In this document: positions 1-10,105 of the stretch, piece after piece
Numbering within the stretch: the first letter of the stretch is position 1
Layout: each line of letters starts with the position of its first letter
From: Acidimicrobiales bacterium
Lineage (GTDB): Bacteria > Actinomycetota > Acidimicrobiia > Acidimicrobiales > JBBRKR01
Assembly: GCA_038231795.1 (NCBI GenBank)
Contig: JBBRKR010000002.1
Coordinates: 90,702 to 154,701 of the forward strand
Direction of reading: 5' to 3'
DNA: 64,000 nucleotides
The notes under the pieces: model-generated
Told to the model about the DNA's origin: nothing
Database searches by the model: none
The model's input: only the letters and a program-made list of their open reading frames with translations
Program-made: the position numbers and the translations under genes

Positions 1-1
1 A

Positions 2-757
2 GTCGACAGTGGCTAGGGCACTTTCTGGCCAGCCAGCGTTGGTCACGATCACTTGTGCCTGATCAAGTCGAGCAATTGTTGACAACCCGGTGATTCCCCA
101 TTTAGTGCTATCGGTCACGACAACGAGCTGCTTTGCCGATTCGATAAAGGCCCGATTCGTTTCCGCTTCCATCATGTTGGGTGTGCTGAAACCGGCCGTT
201 TCCGACACACCATGAACGCCCATAAATACCTGATCGACATGTAGGGTTTTGAGCGCTGCAACAGCAATGGGGCCCACCAGCGCATCGGAGGGTGTACGCA
301 TCCCGCCAATCAAAACGACCGTTGTGTTTGTTGGCTTGGTGTGCGCAGACAGCGAATACCGGTACAGCACCTCGGCCGCCTGGACTGAGTTCGTGACCAC
401 GGTCAAGTTGTCGATCTTTGCCAAGTGATGCGCAAGCGCCCACGTAGTGGTTCCAGCTGTTAAACCGATGGCTGATCCTGGTGATACCAGGCGAGCGGCG
501 GCCGCCGCGATGAGGTCCTTTTCAACCTTCTGGCGATGCGATTTCGCTTCGAATCCAGGCTCGTCAATCGATCGGGGATTGATGGTTGTGGCACCGCCAT
601 GAATTTTTTCTAGAGAACCGGCAGCTGCCAATACGTCGAGATCTCGACGCACCGTCATATCGGAAACACCGAGCATCACGGTCAATTCGCTTACCCGTAC
701 CGTGCCCACACGCCGGAGTTCCTCGAGCACGAGGTTCTGACGTTGACGGGCGAGCAT
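2..757 (-). CDS. DeoR family transcriptional regulator (C-terminus cut by window edge)
   Basis: Absent from the ORF track because it runs off the window. Reverse-strand translation from the ATG (complement of 755-757) reads MLARQRQNLVLEELRRVGTVRVSELTVMLGVSDMTVRRDLDVLAAAGSLEKIHGGA, a DeoR HTH. A DeoR-C-type effector domain follows (VVTDSTKWG). It is divergent from a sugar ABC operon. Confidence 0.8.
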   Translation of the reverse strand, partial: MLARQRQNLVLEELRRVGTVRVSELTVMLGVSDMTVRRDLDVLAAAGSLEKIHGGATTINPRSIDEPGFEAKSHRQKVEKDLIAAAAARLVSPGSAIGLTAGTTTWALAHHLAKIDNLTVVTNSVQAAEVLYRYSLSAHTKPTNTTVVLIGGMRTPSDALVGPIAVAALKTLHVDQVFMGVHGVSETAGFSTPNMMEAETNRAFIESAKQLVVVTDSTKWGITGLSTIARLDQAQVIVTNAGWPESALATVD

Positions 758-1212
758 TCCGCAAGAGTGCTACGTGGAGGAATGAAAAGTCAACATAATC
801 AAACAAATATTTCGTGGGATCGACTCAAAATGCCTTCTGAGTTGATCGCGTTCTTCTTGCTGCCGCCATTTTTCAACGAAATATCACTGCCAGCGTCGAA
901 TGGCGGCGGTTGGTGAATTGTTTCGTTTTGCAGACAAAAGGCCAGAATCGGACGACAATGCTTGACAACTGCGGTGGATTCTGGGAGTTTTCGTTCCAAG
1001 TTGGTTGATTTTGGTCGGGTAAGTCTGCGGTTCATTGCGAATTGCCGAGTCTACGTAGCGAAAATCGGCTGATTACCCGGGGGTGGTCGACAAACGAACG
1101 CCAGAAATGGTGCTCAAGTCGACGATCGCCTAAATGACATACGAGCCTTAGGCCACGGAGATCATTTGGTCTCTTCTGGGGCGAGCCAATCACTTACAAA
1201 CCAAGGAGAGAA

Positions 1213-2598
1213 ATGGGTAACCACGAAGATCAAGGATCCTCAGATATGGGGATCAGCATGCCGTCAGTAAGCCGTCGCACCTTCCTCGCTGGCACTGCCG
1301 GCGTTGCCGCTGTGGCTGCATTGGCAGCATGTGGCAGCGATAAAAAGGCAGCTCCCACCACCGCCGCAACAACTGCGGCTGGCGTCACCACGACATCAGC
1401 AGCACCCGAAGTGACCACAACCTCAGCTGCGGCAGCAGCCAAGAAGACAATCACTTTCGGCTCGAACCAGTCTGACGCCAAGCCTAAGAATGCCGTTCAG
1501 GCCATGATGGACGCCTACAAGGCCAAGTCGGGTAACGACGTCAAGATCAACACCGTCGACCACAACACGTACCAAGAGCAGATCACCAGCTACCTCGGCG
1601 GCACCCCCGACGATGTGTACTCATGGTTCGCAGCTTTCCGTATGCAGTCACTCGTCAACCAGAACCTGGGTGGCGACATTTCCGACGTTTGGGGCGGCCT
1701 TAAGAACCAGACCGACGGCGTAAAGGCCGCATCGACCGCTGCCGATGGCAAGCAGTACTTCGTTCCTTTGTACTACTACCCATGGGCCGTGTTCTTCCGC
1801 AAGAGCCTGTTCGCCGAAAAGGGCTACACCGCCCCCAAGACCCTTGCTGAATTCAAGGCTCTTGGCGACAAGATGAAGGCCGACGGCTTGACCCCTATCG
1901 CTTTCGGCAACGATGGCAAGTGGCCAGCAATGGGCACCTTCGACTACCTCAACCTTCGCACCAACGGCTTCAAGTTCCATACAGAACTGATGGCCGGCAA
2001 GCAAGCTTGGGATTCCGCCGAAGTCAAGGCTGTATTCACGACGTGGGCAGAACTCCTTCCCTACCATCAGGCCGGTGCATCAGCTCGTAAATGGGAAGAT
2101 GCCGCTGCCTCGTTGGTGAAGAAAGAGTCCGGCATGTACACGATGGGCATGTTTGTTTCCAGCCAGTTCAAGAACGAAGATCTCGGCGATCTCGACTTCT
2201 TCCCCTTCCCGGAAATCAACCCCGCCCACGGCCAAGATTCACTCGAGGCACCGATCGACGGTTACATGATGGCTCCTAGCCCCAAAGATGCTGAAGGCGC
2301 GAAGTCACTCCTCGCCTTCCTTGCATCGGGCGATGCCGCCAACGCGTACCTCAAGATCGACCCAGGCAACCTTGCCTGCGCCACCGATGCCGACACCAGC
2401 GGTTACAACGACCTGCAAAAGAAGGGTCTTGAGCTGTGCAAAGGCGCCAAGAACGTCACCCAGTTCTTGGACCGCGACACGTTGCCGGCATTCGCAGGCC
2501 CCGCTGGTGAAGCGTTTGACGCCTTCCTCCAGAAGCCAGGCGATATCGACACCATCTTGAAGAATCTGGCCGCCAAGGCCAAGGAAATCTTCGCCTAA
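1213..2598 (+). CDS. ABC transporter sugar-binding lipoprotein (extracellular solute-binding family 1)
   Basis: 461-aa ORF with an AAGGAGAG Shine-Dalgarno just upstream. It has a Tat/lipobox signal, SRRTFLAGTAGVAAVAALAACGS, then a Thr/Ala-rich linker. Two MalF/MalG-type permease genes follow. Confidence 0.85.
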   Translation: MGNHEDQGSSDMGISMPSVSRRTFLAGTAGVAAVAALAACGSDKKAAPTTAATTAAGVTTTSAAPEVTTTSAAAAAKKTITFGSNQSDAKPKNAVQAMMDAYKAKSGNDVKINTVDHNTYQEQITSYLGGTPDDVYSWFAAFRMQSLVNQNLGGDISDVWGGLKNQTDGVKAASTAADGKQYFVPLYYYPWAVFFRKSLFAEKGYTAPKTLAEFKALGDKMKADGLTPIAFGNDGKWPAMGTFDYLNLRTNGFKFHTELMAGKQAWDSAEVKAVFTTWAELLPYHQAGASARKWEDAAASLVKKESGMYTMGMFVSSQFKNEDLGDLDFFPFPEINPAHGQDSLEAPIDGYMMAPSPKDAEGAKSLLAFLASGDAANAYLKIDPGNLACATDADTSGYNDLQKKGLELCKGAKNVTQFLDRDTLPAFAGPAGEAFDAFLQKPGDIDTILKNLAAKAKEIFA

Positions 2599-2622
2599 GC
2601 CATTTAGCTTAGAGTCAAAGAT

Positions 2623-3549
2623 ATGACAACTGCGATGAGCACTCCGGTCCGTCGGAAACGAAAGAATTCGGTTCTTTCCCGGCGCGACCGGGGTGTTCTC
2701 GCTGTTATGGCAGGAATTCCTACAGTCATCCATGTCGCGTTTATTTGGGTGCCAGCGGTCCTGTCGATTTTGCTGAGCTTCACCAAATGGAACGGTGTGA
2801 AATCGGTCCCCATTAAGTGGGTTGGCTTCAACAACTACCGAAGCCTTTTTTCGGTCTGGTGGCCAGATGATGTGTGGCCCGCAATTAAGCACAACCTCAT
2901 CTGGTTGTTGGCCATGACGATCGCCACCATGATTGGCTTGTTGTTGGCGGTGCTGCTCGATAAGAACATAAAGGGCAGCCGGGTTTACCAAAGCGTCTTG
3001 TATTTGCCAGTTGTGTTGTCGCTAGCTGTCGTTGGCTTCATGTGGCAATTGATTTATCGCATCGACGACGGATTTATCAACCAGTTGTTGGGCACGTCGT
3101 CTAAGAACGGCGGCACCGATTGGTTGGGTAATAGCGATATCAACTTGTATTCGATTTTGGTGGCGGCGGCGTGGCGACACGTGGGCTACATCATGGTGCT
3201 TTTCTTAGCTGGCTTGAAGGCCGTCGATCCCACACTGCGAGAAGCAGCTTCGATCGATGGAGCCTCTGAACCACAAACGTTCTTCCGCGTGATTCTGCCC
3301 GCGCTCAAACCCATCAACATCGTGGTAATGGTGGTCACGGTCATCGAGTCGTTGCGGGCGTTCGACTTGGTGTACATCGCCACCCGAGGCTCAAAAGGTA
3401 CGAAGCTGTTCTCCAACATTGTGTACGACAACATCGTGGGCGAAACGCGGCGGGTGGGCTTTGGTTCAGCAGCAGCCGTATTGATGTTGCTCGTATCGAC
3501 AGGCTTCATCTTTTCGTACCTATGGAGCAACTATAAGGAGTCACGATGA
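2623..3549 (+). CDS. carbohydrate ABC transporter permease (MalF/UgpA-like)
   Basis: 308 aa and multi-TM. It carries the EAA-type permease loop (REAASIDGASEPQTFFRVILPALKP). Confidence 0.85.
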   Translation: MTTAMSTPVRRKRKNSVLSRRDRGVLAVMAGIPTVIHVAFIWVPAVLSILLSFTKWNGVKSVPIKWVGFNNYRSLFSVWWPDDVWPAIKHNLIWLLAMTIATMIGLLLAVLLDKNIKGSRVYQSVLYLPVVLSLAVVGFMWQLIYRIDDGFINQLLGTSSKNGGTDWLGNSDINLYSILVAAAWRHVGYIMVLFLAGLKAVDPTLREAASIDGASEPQTFFRVILPALKPINIVVMVVTVIESLRAFDLVYIATRGSKGTKLFSNIVYDNIVGETRRVGFGSAAAVLMLLVSTGFIFSYLWSNYKESR

Positions 3550-4451
3550 CAGCGATCGCGTCGACGCCGCTCACCATCGTGCGAGCTGGCCAACGAAGCA
3601 AAAAAATCAAACGCATCGTGCTCTACGTGTTTCTCACCACGGTGGCGCTGATCTGGCTTTTCCCGGTATTGTACGCCATCTACACGGCGTTGCGTCCGTA
3701 CGACGACACCGCTAAGAACGGCTACGTCTCGATCGCTCACAAATTGAGTTTCGATAACTTCACCAACGCTTACAAGAACGCCCAATTCTCGAAGTACTAC
3801 ATCAATAGTTTTATCATCACGATTCCCGCCGTAATCCTCACGCTGTTTTTTTCGTCGATGGTGGCATTCGTGGTGGCTCGATTCAGTTTCAAACTCAATA
3901 TCGCGTTGTTGATGCTTTTTACAGCCGGCAACCTCCTGCCTCCCCAGATCATTTTGACGCCGCTGTACTACATCTTTTTGCGTCTTCCGCTACCGACGTG
4001 GATTTCCGAAAACGGCCTGTTTTATGACTCACATTTTGGTGTGATTGTGATCCACGTGGCTTTCCAAATTGGGTTCTGTACGTTCGTTCTGAGCAACTAC
4101 ATGAAGACGATCCCGAAGGAACTTGGCGAAGCAGCCGTGGTGGATGGTGCTGGCGTGTGGTTGCAGTTTCGCAAATTAATTCTGCCCTTGTGCCGCCCCG
4201 CTTTTGGAGCATTGGCGACGTTGGAATTCACCTGGATTTACAACGATTTCCTGTGGGCGTTGCTGCTATTCAAAACCGGCGACAAGCGGCCAATCACGGC
4301 AGCTCTCAACAACTTGTCCGGCCAGTTTTTCACCGACACCAACCTGGTGGCGGCCGGCTCGTTGCTCGCCGCTATTCCCACGATTGTCGTGTTCATTCTG
4401 CTGCAAAAGCAGTTCGTGGGCGGGCTTACCCTCGGCGCTAGCAAGGGTTAG
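3546..4451 (+). CDS. carbohydrate ABC transporter permease (MalG/UgpE-like)
   Basis: 301 aa with an ATGA start/stop overlap with the upstream permease. EAA loop: ELGEAAVVDGAGVWLQFRKLILPLCRP. Confidence 0.85.
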   Translation: MTAIASTPLTIVRAGQRSKKIKRIVLYVFLTTVALIWLFPVLYAIYTALRPYDDTAKNGYVSIAHKLSFDNFTNAYKNAQFSKYYINSFIITIPAVILTLFFSSMVAFVVARFSFKLNIALLMLFTAGNLLPPQIILTPLYYIFLRLPLPTWISENGLFYDSHFGVIVIHVAFQIGFCTFVLSNYMKTIPKELGEAAVVDGAGVWLQFRKLILPLCRPAFGALATLEFTWIYNDFLWALLLFKTGDKRPITAALNNLSGQFFTDTNLVAAGSLLAAIPTIVVFILLQKQFVGGLTLGASKG

Positions 4452-4748
4452 GTGGGCAGCTCAATGCCTGTCGAATTCGGCGATCCAATTTCCGATGAAG
4501 AGTTGACGTCGTTGGCGTTGGCGTCTGATCCCGATATGGAAATTCCGTTCGATGCCGTGCCGTTCGGAACGATGTATGCCAGTGCCGCTGGCGTGATGTT
4601 GCCGGCGTGGTACATGCCAGCTTCAGTCGGTCCTATACGAGCGGGACGTCGCTGGAAACGCATCGTGGCCCTCGTGGTGATCGCAGCGTTTCTGTTCATC
4701 AACGCCTACGGCTTGTGCAGCACGTACGGCGGCATCACGATCGCCTAG
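4452..4748 (+). CDS. hypothetical small membrane protein
   Basis: 98-aa ORF whose GTG start directly abuts the permease TAG stop. It has one C-terminal TM helix (IVALVVIAAFLFINAYGL). I recognise no family. Confidence 0.4.
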   Translation: MGSSMPVEFGDPISDEELTSLALASDPDMEIPFDAVPFGTMYASAAGVMLPAWYMPASVGPIRAGRRWKRIVALVVIAAFLFINAYGLCSTYGGITIA

Positions 4749-4784
4749 CGGCTGTTTCTACGCATTGCTTCGTAGAGTCTATTC

Positions 4785-5321
4785 ATGCCCCAACCCACAA
4801 TATTGCTTTTGTGTGGCAGCTTGAGTCAGACGTCTGCGAATCGAGCGGCATTGAATGTGGCCGCTGAATTCCTCAAACGATCAGTGCTGGCGGGGGCAAC
4901 GAATTTCGAGAACCTGATTGATGTGCCACCGTTGGAACCGGACCCCGATAGAGCTGCGCCGTGGGCGGTGGCGATTCTTCGAGGCCTGATCCATGAGGCG
5001 CAGGGAGTGTTGATCGCAGCCCCCGAATATGGCGGTGCGATCGCCGGCACAATAAAGAACGCGCTCGATTGGATCGTTGGCTCAGGGGAGTTCTATGCAA
5101 AGCCGGTGGCACTCATCAGCGCCGGCACAACCGGTGGAGTTCATGCAAGGCAGATGATGGCGCAGACGTTGCAATGGCAGGGCGCACGTGTGGTGGCCGA
5201 TCTTGGAATTTCGACGCCGAAGGTCAAGTCGGATAAGTCAGGTCGAATTGTGGACGTGTCGACGATTGCTGAAATCGAAAGAGTGGTGCGAGTGTTGGTC
5301 GCCGAGTCGATCTCAGCCTGA
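4785..5321 (+). CDS. NAD(P)H-dependent FMN reductase family protein
   Basis: 178 aa. The pattern LLLCGSLSQTSANRAAL ... APEYGGAIAGTIKNALDW is typical of the FMN_red family. Confidence 0.75.
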   Translation: MPQPTILLLCGSLSQTSANRAALNVAAEFLKRSVLAGATNFENLIDVPPLEPDPDRAAPWAVAILRGLIHEAQGVLIAAPEYGGAIAGTIKNALDWIVGSGEFYAKPVALISAGTTGGVHARQMMAQTLQWQGARVVADLGISTPKVKSDKSGRIVDVSTIAEIERVVRVLVAESISA

Positions 5322-6497
5322 CGAGCCTGAAACGGAGGTGAGGCGACTCCCGAGGAGCCGTTGAGTGTTGGCGGCGTAAAATCGTTCCTTGTCAGCCGGC
5401 GTGACGGCCGTCATGGTGCGTTCGCATTTGCCGAGTGGGTCGGCAGTGCCTTCGTGATGGGGATAGTCGGAGCTAAACATAAACAGCTCGGGCCCCGCTG
5501 CTTCGATCATGAATCCCACGTTTTCGCCGCCGAATGGCGAAAAGCAAAAGTGCTTGCGAACGTAGTCCGATGGCTTCATTTCCAAATGCGACAAATCCTG
5601 TAAACGACTGAAGCTGCGGGCAGCCGTGTCGATGAAATGAAGGAAACCAGGTACCCAGGTGGCGCCCAGTTCGGCGACACCGAATCGAAGGCGGGGATGG
5701 CGGGCCAAGACGCCGTCAAAAATCATCGAGCCAATGAAAAGTTGGGCGGGAAATCCGATCGAAAGGAACGACAACGCATCACCGGGCGCATCGCTGCGGA
5801 AGTGATCGAGCGTGCGTCCGTTGTTGAAGAAGCTCGGCCGAACGGGCCGCCATCCGTTGTCGAGCCCGATGTGGAGCATCACGGCAGCGTCGGCGTCTTC
5901 GATCGCCGACCACAGCGGATCGAAGTCAATATGGGTAGGCGAAACAGCATCGCGAGGAGGAATCGAATCAACCATCACGACGCCGCAACCGTCTCGTAGC
6001 GCTTGGTGAAATAGGCGAATGGCGACTTCCGGCCCATGATGAAACGGCACATATCCAACAGCATGAAGGCGGGGGTCGCTGGCGCAGAACGCGCCCATAC
6101 CGCGATTCATTGCTTGGGCCGCTTCTGCCTGAATGTGGTGGGGCGACATCACCACTTGAGGGAATGAGCCGGTCGGAAAGACGATCTGCAAATCGAATCC
6201 GAGGAGATCAAGGACACGAGATCTCTCGGTCACGTCGTTGTCGCCGAGTGCACCCCAACCCTTGCGGGGCATGGTCATCAGATCGCGCTCGGCAGCTGCA
6301 CGTTCGGCACTGTCGTGTTCACGTGTGAGGCGCAGGTTTGCGGACGCGGCAATGGTGGATTCGAAACCTGGATCACCCATATTCATGGGCGGCAAGTCGC
6401 CTCGGATCGAGGATGGGGCGAATGATTCCAACCAGCCCGTCGGCTCCATGATGTGAGCGTCGCAGTCCATTATTCGGCGGCCATTGGCGTACGTCAT
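5313..6497 (-). CDS. amidohydrolase family protein (amidohydrolase_2-like metal-dependent hydrolase)
   Basis: 394 aa with an N-terminal DCDAHIMEP metal motif and a C-terminal SSDYPHHEG motif. Confidence 0.7.
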   Translation of the reverse strand: MTYANGRRIMDCDAHIMEPTGWLESFAPSSIRGDLPPMNMGDPGFESTIAASANLRLTREHDSAERAAAERDLMTMPRKGWGALGDNDVTERSRVLDLLGFDLQIVFPTGSFPQVVMSPHHIQAEAAQAMNRGMGAFCASDPRLHAVGYVPFHHGPEVAIRLFHQALRDGCGVVMVDSIPPRDAVSPTHIDFDPLWSAIEDADAAVMLHIGLDNGWRPVRPSFFNNGRTLDHFRSDAPGDALSFLSIGFPAQLFIGSMIFDGVLARHPRLRFGVAELGATWVPGFLHFIDTAARSFSRLQDLSHLEMKPSDYVRKHFCFSPFGGENVGFMIEAAGPELFMFSSDYPHHEGTADPLGKCERTMTAVTPADKERFYAANTQRLLGSRLTSVSGSSG

Positions 6498-6563
6498 GAC
6501 TCCCCCTCAATCGTCACCGGATAATCGGATAATCGGCACCCTACCGCACGGTCGTTGCGGGGG

Positions 6564-7331
6564 CTACTGCTCAAAGAGCGTGGGGAGAATCTCGGAAATT
6601 GAGCCTGTGAGTACAAGATCGGCGGTGGCATCGTGAGCGGTCGGTCCTGCGTTGACAATGATCACGGAGGCGCCAGCCGCCTTTGCGTGGGGGACGCATT
6701 GGGCTACGGGATACACCTGGAGCGTGGTGCCGATCGCCACCAAGAGGTCACACTCCGAAGCAGCGGCGAACGCGGCGTCGATCACTTCGGGCACGAGCGA
6801 TTGGCCGAAGGAAATGGTGTCGCTTTTTAGTATTCCGCCGCACTCCATGCACTCGGGGTCTACTGCTCCTGCTCTAACTCGTTCGAGGGCGTCGGCCATA
6901 TTGCGAACGTCGTCACACGCCCAGCAGCGTGTGAGGCGCATGGTGCCGTGCACCTCGATCACCTTGGCGGCGTTGATACCCGAAAGTTGATGGAGACCAT
7001 CGACGTTTTGAGTGATGAGCGCGTGCAGGCGGCCGCTGTGCGCCAATGAGGCAATTGCAATATGGCCGCTATTGGGACGAGCGGTCCATGCTGGATTGTG
7101 GAGGCGCGCTTGCCACGACTTTTCGCGCACTGATCGATCATTCAGGTAGTGCGACAGCGTCGACATTTTCTCGGCCGCAGGATTGCGGGTCCACACGCCG
7201 TTTGGGCCCCGAAAATCGGGGATACCCGAGTCAGTTGAGATGCCTGCTCCGGTGAGCACCACGATTCGATCGGCACTTCTCGTGATGCTTGTGGCCCGTT
7301 GAAGTTGCAGGTCTGGACTAGTGGCGGTCAC
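6564..7331 (-). CDS. cobB: NAD-dependent protein deacylase, Sir2 family
   Basis: 255 aa with the motifs GAGISTDSGIPDFRGPNGVW and QNVDGLH. Zinc ribbon: CWAC...CMECGG. Confidence 0.85.
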   Translation of the reverse strand: MTATSPDLQLQRATSITRSADRIVVLTGAGISTDSGIPDFRGPNGVWTRNPAAEKMSTLSHYLNDRSVREKSWQARLHNPAWTARPNSGHIAIASLAHSGRLHALITQNVDGLHQLSGINAAKVIEVHGTMRLTRCWACDDVRNMADALERVRAGAVDPECMECGGILKSDTISFGQSLVPEVIDAAFAAASECDLLVAIGTTLQVYPVAQCVPHAKAAGASVIIVNAGPTAHDATADLVLTGSISEILPTLFEQ

Positions 7332-7382
7332 GTTGCAAAATCTAGTTGAGGGCGTGACGAGCGGCGGCGCGAAAATTCGCGC

Positions 7383-8219
7383 TCAGACGACCTGTTCGCA
7401 CAACAGGTGGGAAATGCCACTGGCCGTGAGTTGACCAGAATCGTTCCATACCTGCTGAGCGGTACCGATCAATCCGCCTGATCCATGGGCACTGGTGCCG
7501 TGCAAGAGATGCCAATCATCGCTCGAGTCGAGATGGTGAAATTCGCACGACACATCAATGCTGGGGCCAATGAAACGTTGGTCATTATGGCGCATGCCAA
7601 CTGCTGGCCAACCACCTAAGTCGACGAGAAGCAGTAACCGAGCGGCGTGTAGCCAGCGATCGTTTCTGTCGGTTGCGCCGAGATATTTGATCCACGCCAA
7701 ATAGTTCGGCGCCGTCAACTCTCGATTGTCCCAATCATCGATCCACGACGTTGGCCGTTGCTCAAAATTGTTCCAAAACGCAAACCGGTTCGGTGGCTCA
7801 ACCCCTGCCGCTGCGAACCGTTCCTGAGATGTAGGAAGTGTCGCCCAGCTGGGAACATCGGGCATAGTGGCTTCGTTGTGCTCGAGGCCTGTGATGTCGT
7901 CGTCGATACCCCAAACCATCGCATGGACGATCGGCTTGTGGTTTTGAGAAATATGTACAGCAACGCTGGTGGCTGATCTTGCCTGGCGCAACGTGGTGGG
8001 CATGATGACGAGCGGGTCGTCGAAATTGGCGACGCCCAGAAAATGCACAGTGGCATTCGCTGGTCGTGCACGGCCGCAATGCTTTCCAGCGGCCCGCAAT
8101 GCGAGCGCTGCCATGTAGCCGCCATTTGGTCCCCAAATTTCCCAATCACGGCTAACGGTGCGAGTAAATGACCCGTCACCTATTGGTGTGAATGACGTAT
8201 CGAAATCAAAGTCGCCCAT
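7383..8219 (-). CDS. acyl-CoA thioesterase-like (double hotdog) family protein
   Basis: 278 aa. The N-terminal GPNGGYMAALALRAAG pattern is typical of the TesB-like thioesterase family. Confidence 0.6.
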   Translation of the reverse strand: MGDFDFDTSFTPIGDGSFTRTVSRDWEIWGPNGGYMAALALRAAGKHCGRARPANATVHFLGVANFDDPLVIMPTTLRQARSATSVAVHISQNHKPIVHAMVWGIDDDITGLEHNEATMPDVPSWATLPTSQERFAAAGVEPPNRFAFWNNFEQRPTSWIDDWDNRELTAPNYLAWIKYLGATDRNDRWLHAARLLLLVDLGGWPAVGMRHNDQRFIGPSIDVSCEFHHLDSSDDWHLLHGTSAHGSGGLIGTAQQVWNDSGQLTASGISHLLCEQVV

Positions 8220-8276
8220 TCTCCGACCCTAGACGCGCAGCTGCTCGAGCTGCTGCCAGATTTACGCCGAAGGGCC

Positions 8277-9248
8277 TCACGATGGGCCAGTCGACATCCA
8301 TGTTCGAATGGCTTCGGCATGGCGGGTGATGCGCTCCGCTATCCCAAAACGTTGGAGCTGCAATCCCAGATTGAGCACGTTGAGATTGCGCGCCGCCGCC
8401 AGAACTGCCATGAGCTCCGGCTCGGCGGCGGAAGGCCACGGCCGCACGTCGCAGTAGCCCCGTTGAAAATCGGCAATGGCATCTGGGTAGTCGCGCTCCC
8501 AGGAGGAAAAGGCAATGGCGATGTCTTGTACGTCGAACCCGTATTGCAGATCTTGAAAGTCGATAGGCATCACACGGTTTCGCCATCGCATGATGTTGTG
8601 AGGGGCAAAGTCTCCGTGAAATAGGTGAGCGTCATGGGGTGGTGACGCCCACAGCCGGTCGAGTTCGCCTTGGGCTCGGTAAATGGCGTCGACGAACAAC
8701 GTGCCGTGTTTTGACTGCCACTTGCCGAGTACCGAAGTGTCCCCAAACGTGATCGGCTTGTCGGCTCGGATCAATTCGACAGAAGCGTCAAGTTTGAGCG
8801 ACGAGGCTTGCTCGTGGAGTTCGGCGAGTCGTGTGCCGGCTAACGCTGCTGCATCGTTTGAGAATCGGTCGCGCAAGTTGCGACCCGGCACCCACGTGAG
8901 TAGCGACACGACCCTCGGCTCATCGACGCCAGGAGAAGTAGCCGTGTCGCCGAACGTCCCACCAACCGTTGGCAATGATCTCATCGGCGTGATCGCATCG
9001 AGCGAATTCAGCCATTGGGATTCGATGGCCTCTACACCGGGAGCATGTATTCGCAATCCGTCGCCCAGTCGCAATGCATACCGGTGCTTGTCGCCACGAT
9101 CGACTCGAAACAAGGTGTTGAATGAGTGAGTGGCCAAAAGGGAGACCGACGCATTCGTGATCCCGAAACGATCGGCCAGCGCTAGGTGGGCAAGGTCGCG
9201 CAACCGGCGAGTTTTGCCCGTCGGTGAGAGTTCCCGAAACGGTTGCAC
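8277..9248 (-). CDS. phosphotransferase enzyme family protein (APH/choline-kinase fold)
   Basis: 323 aa with a kinase catalytic loop (HGDFAPHNIM) and a DFQD metal-binding motif. Confidence 0.65.
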   Translation of the reverse strand: MQPFRELSPTGKTRRLRDLAHLALADRFGITNASVSLLATHSFNTLFRVDRGDKHRYALRLGDGLRIHAPGVEAIESQWLNSLDAITPMRSLPTVGGTFGDTATSPGVDEPRVVSLLTWVPGRNLRDRFSNDAAALAGTRLAELHEQASSLKLDASVELIRADKPITFGDTSVLGKWQSKHGTLFVDAIYRAQGELDRLWASPPHDAHLFHGDFAPHNIMRWRNRVMPIDFQDLQYGFDVQDIAIAFSSWERDYPDAIADFQRGYCDVRPWPSAAEPELMAVLAAARNLNVLNLGLQLQRFGIAERITRHAEAIRTWMSTGPS

Positions 9249-9290
9249 TGACCCATTGTGCCGTATCTGCCCTTCGAGAGGACTGCAATT

Positions 9291-10061
9291 TTATTTGATG
9301 CGGGCTTGGTCGAGTGCTGATTGAAGCGACTGCACGTAGGCGTCGCTGGTGTACGTGGCGCCCGAAACGGTGTCGATCGAAGCGCTTTGGGCTTTGATTG
9401 TTTCCGAATTCAATGCCGGCACGGCACGACTGTTGATCTGCACGCTCTTGCGGTCGCCGTCGGGTGAAACCAGCACGGTGACTGTGGTGATTTGGCCATT
9501 GGCAACGTTGACTTCCACTTGGACGGGTCCGTATCGGGTGTCGATTGTGGATCCGTCAAACGTGCCGCTCGCCAATCCGTTGGTGGCTGCCACAGGAGCG
9601 GAGCCAACAATGGGCGCTGACGAGATAACTGTCGACTTGGCGGCCGTCGCGGCGGGAGCGCCTGTCGTGGCGGCCGTCGTGCCATCGGTGCCGGAATCGT
9701 CGATCGATATGGCCGCGCCAGCGACTGCGGTGGCTGCCGGGAGGGTCGCTGCCGCGGTCGCCGCAACTCTCGTCGAAACTATTGAGTTGGAGGTCGCACG
9801 AGTGGCGGTGCTGGTGGTGGCGCTGGCGTGGTCGGCGTAGTACAAACCACCAGCCAAGCCGAACGATGAGGTAAGGCTCAGGCCGAGGGCAACGGCCCGG
9901 CTGCCCTTGGCGGCGTGACGCTTTCCGGTGCCGGAACGAAGGTTGGCAATGCGTTCTGCAGTCGTGGCTGGGTTAGACGAGCTGGGTGCCGCGCCGGGAG
10001 TCATCGACCGACGTGTGGTGGGGGCTTCGGGCCGGGGAGGCGTTGCAATCATGGGGATCAC
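9291..10061 (-). CDS. membrane-anchored FMN-binding domain protein
   Basis: 256 aa with one TM anchor and an Ala/Thr-rich linker. The C-terminal FMN_bind domain carries the flavinylation-type motif IDTVSGATYTS. Confidence 0.65.
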   Translation of the reverse strand: MIPMIATPPRPEAPTTRRSMTPGAAPSSSNPATTAERIANLRSGTGKRHAAKGSRAVALGLSLTSSFGLAGGLYYADHASATTSTATRATSNSIVSTRVAATAAATLPAATAVAGAAISIDDSGTDGTTAATTGAPAATAAKSTVISSAPIVGSAPVAATNGLASGTFDGSTIDTRYGPVQVEVNVANGQITTVTVLVSPDGDRKSVQINSRAVPALNSETIKAQSASIDTVSGATYTSDAYVQSLQSALDQARIK

Positions 10062-10105
10062 TGTGACAGTCCACTTTGAGGGGACTGTTCGAGCACATTA
10101 AGAAC

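Noticed and set aside
799-1035. 78-aa minus-strand ORF in the DeoR/ABC intergenic region
   Set aside because: It lies in AT-rich sequence with non-coding character. It has no convincing RBS and no family resemblance. The region is better explained as a divergent promoter/operator region.
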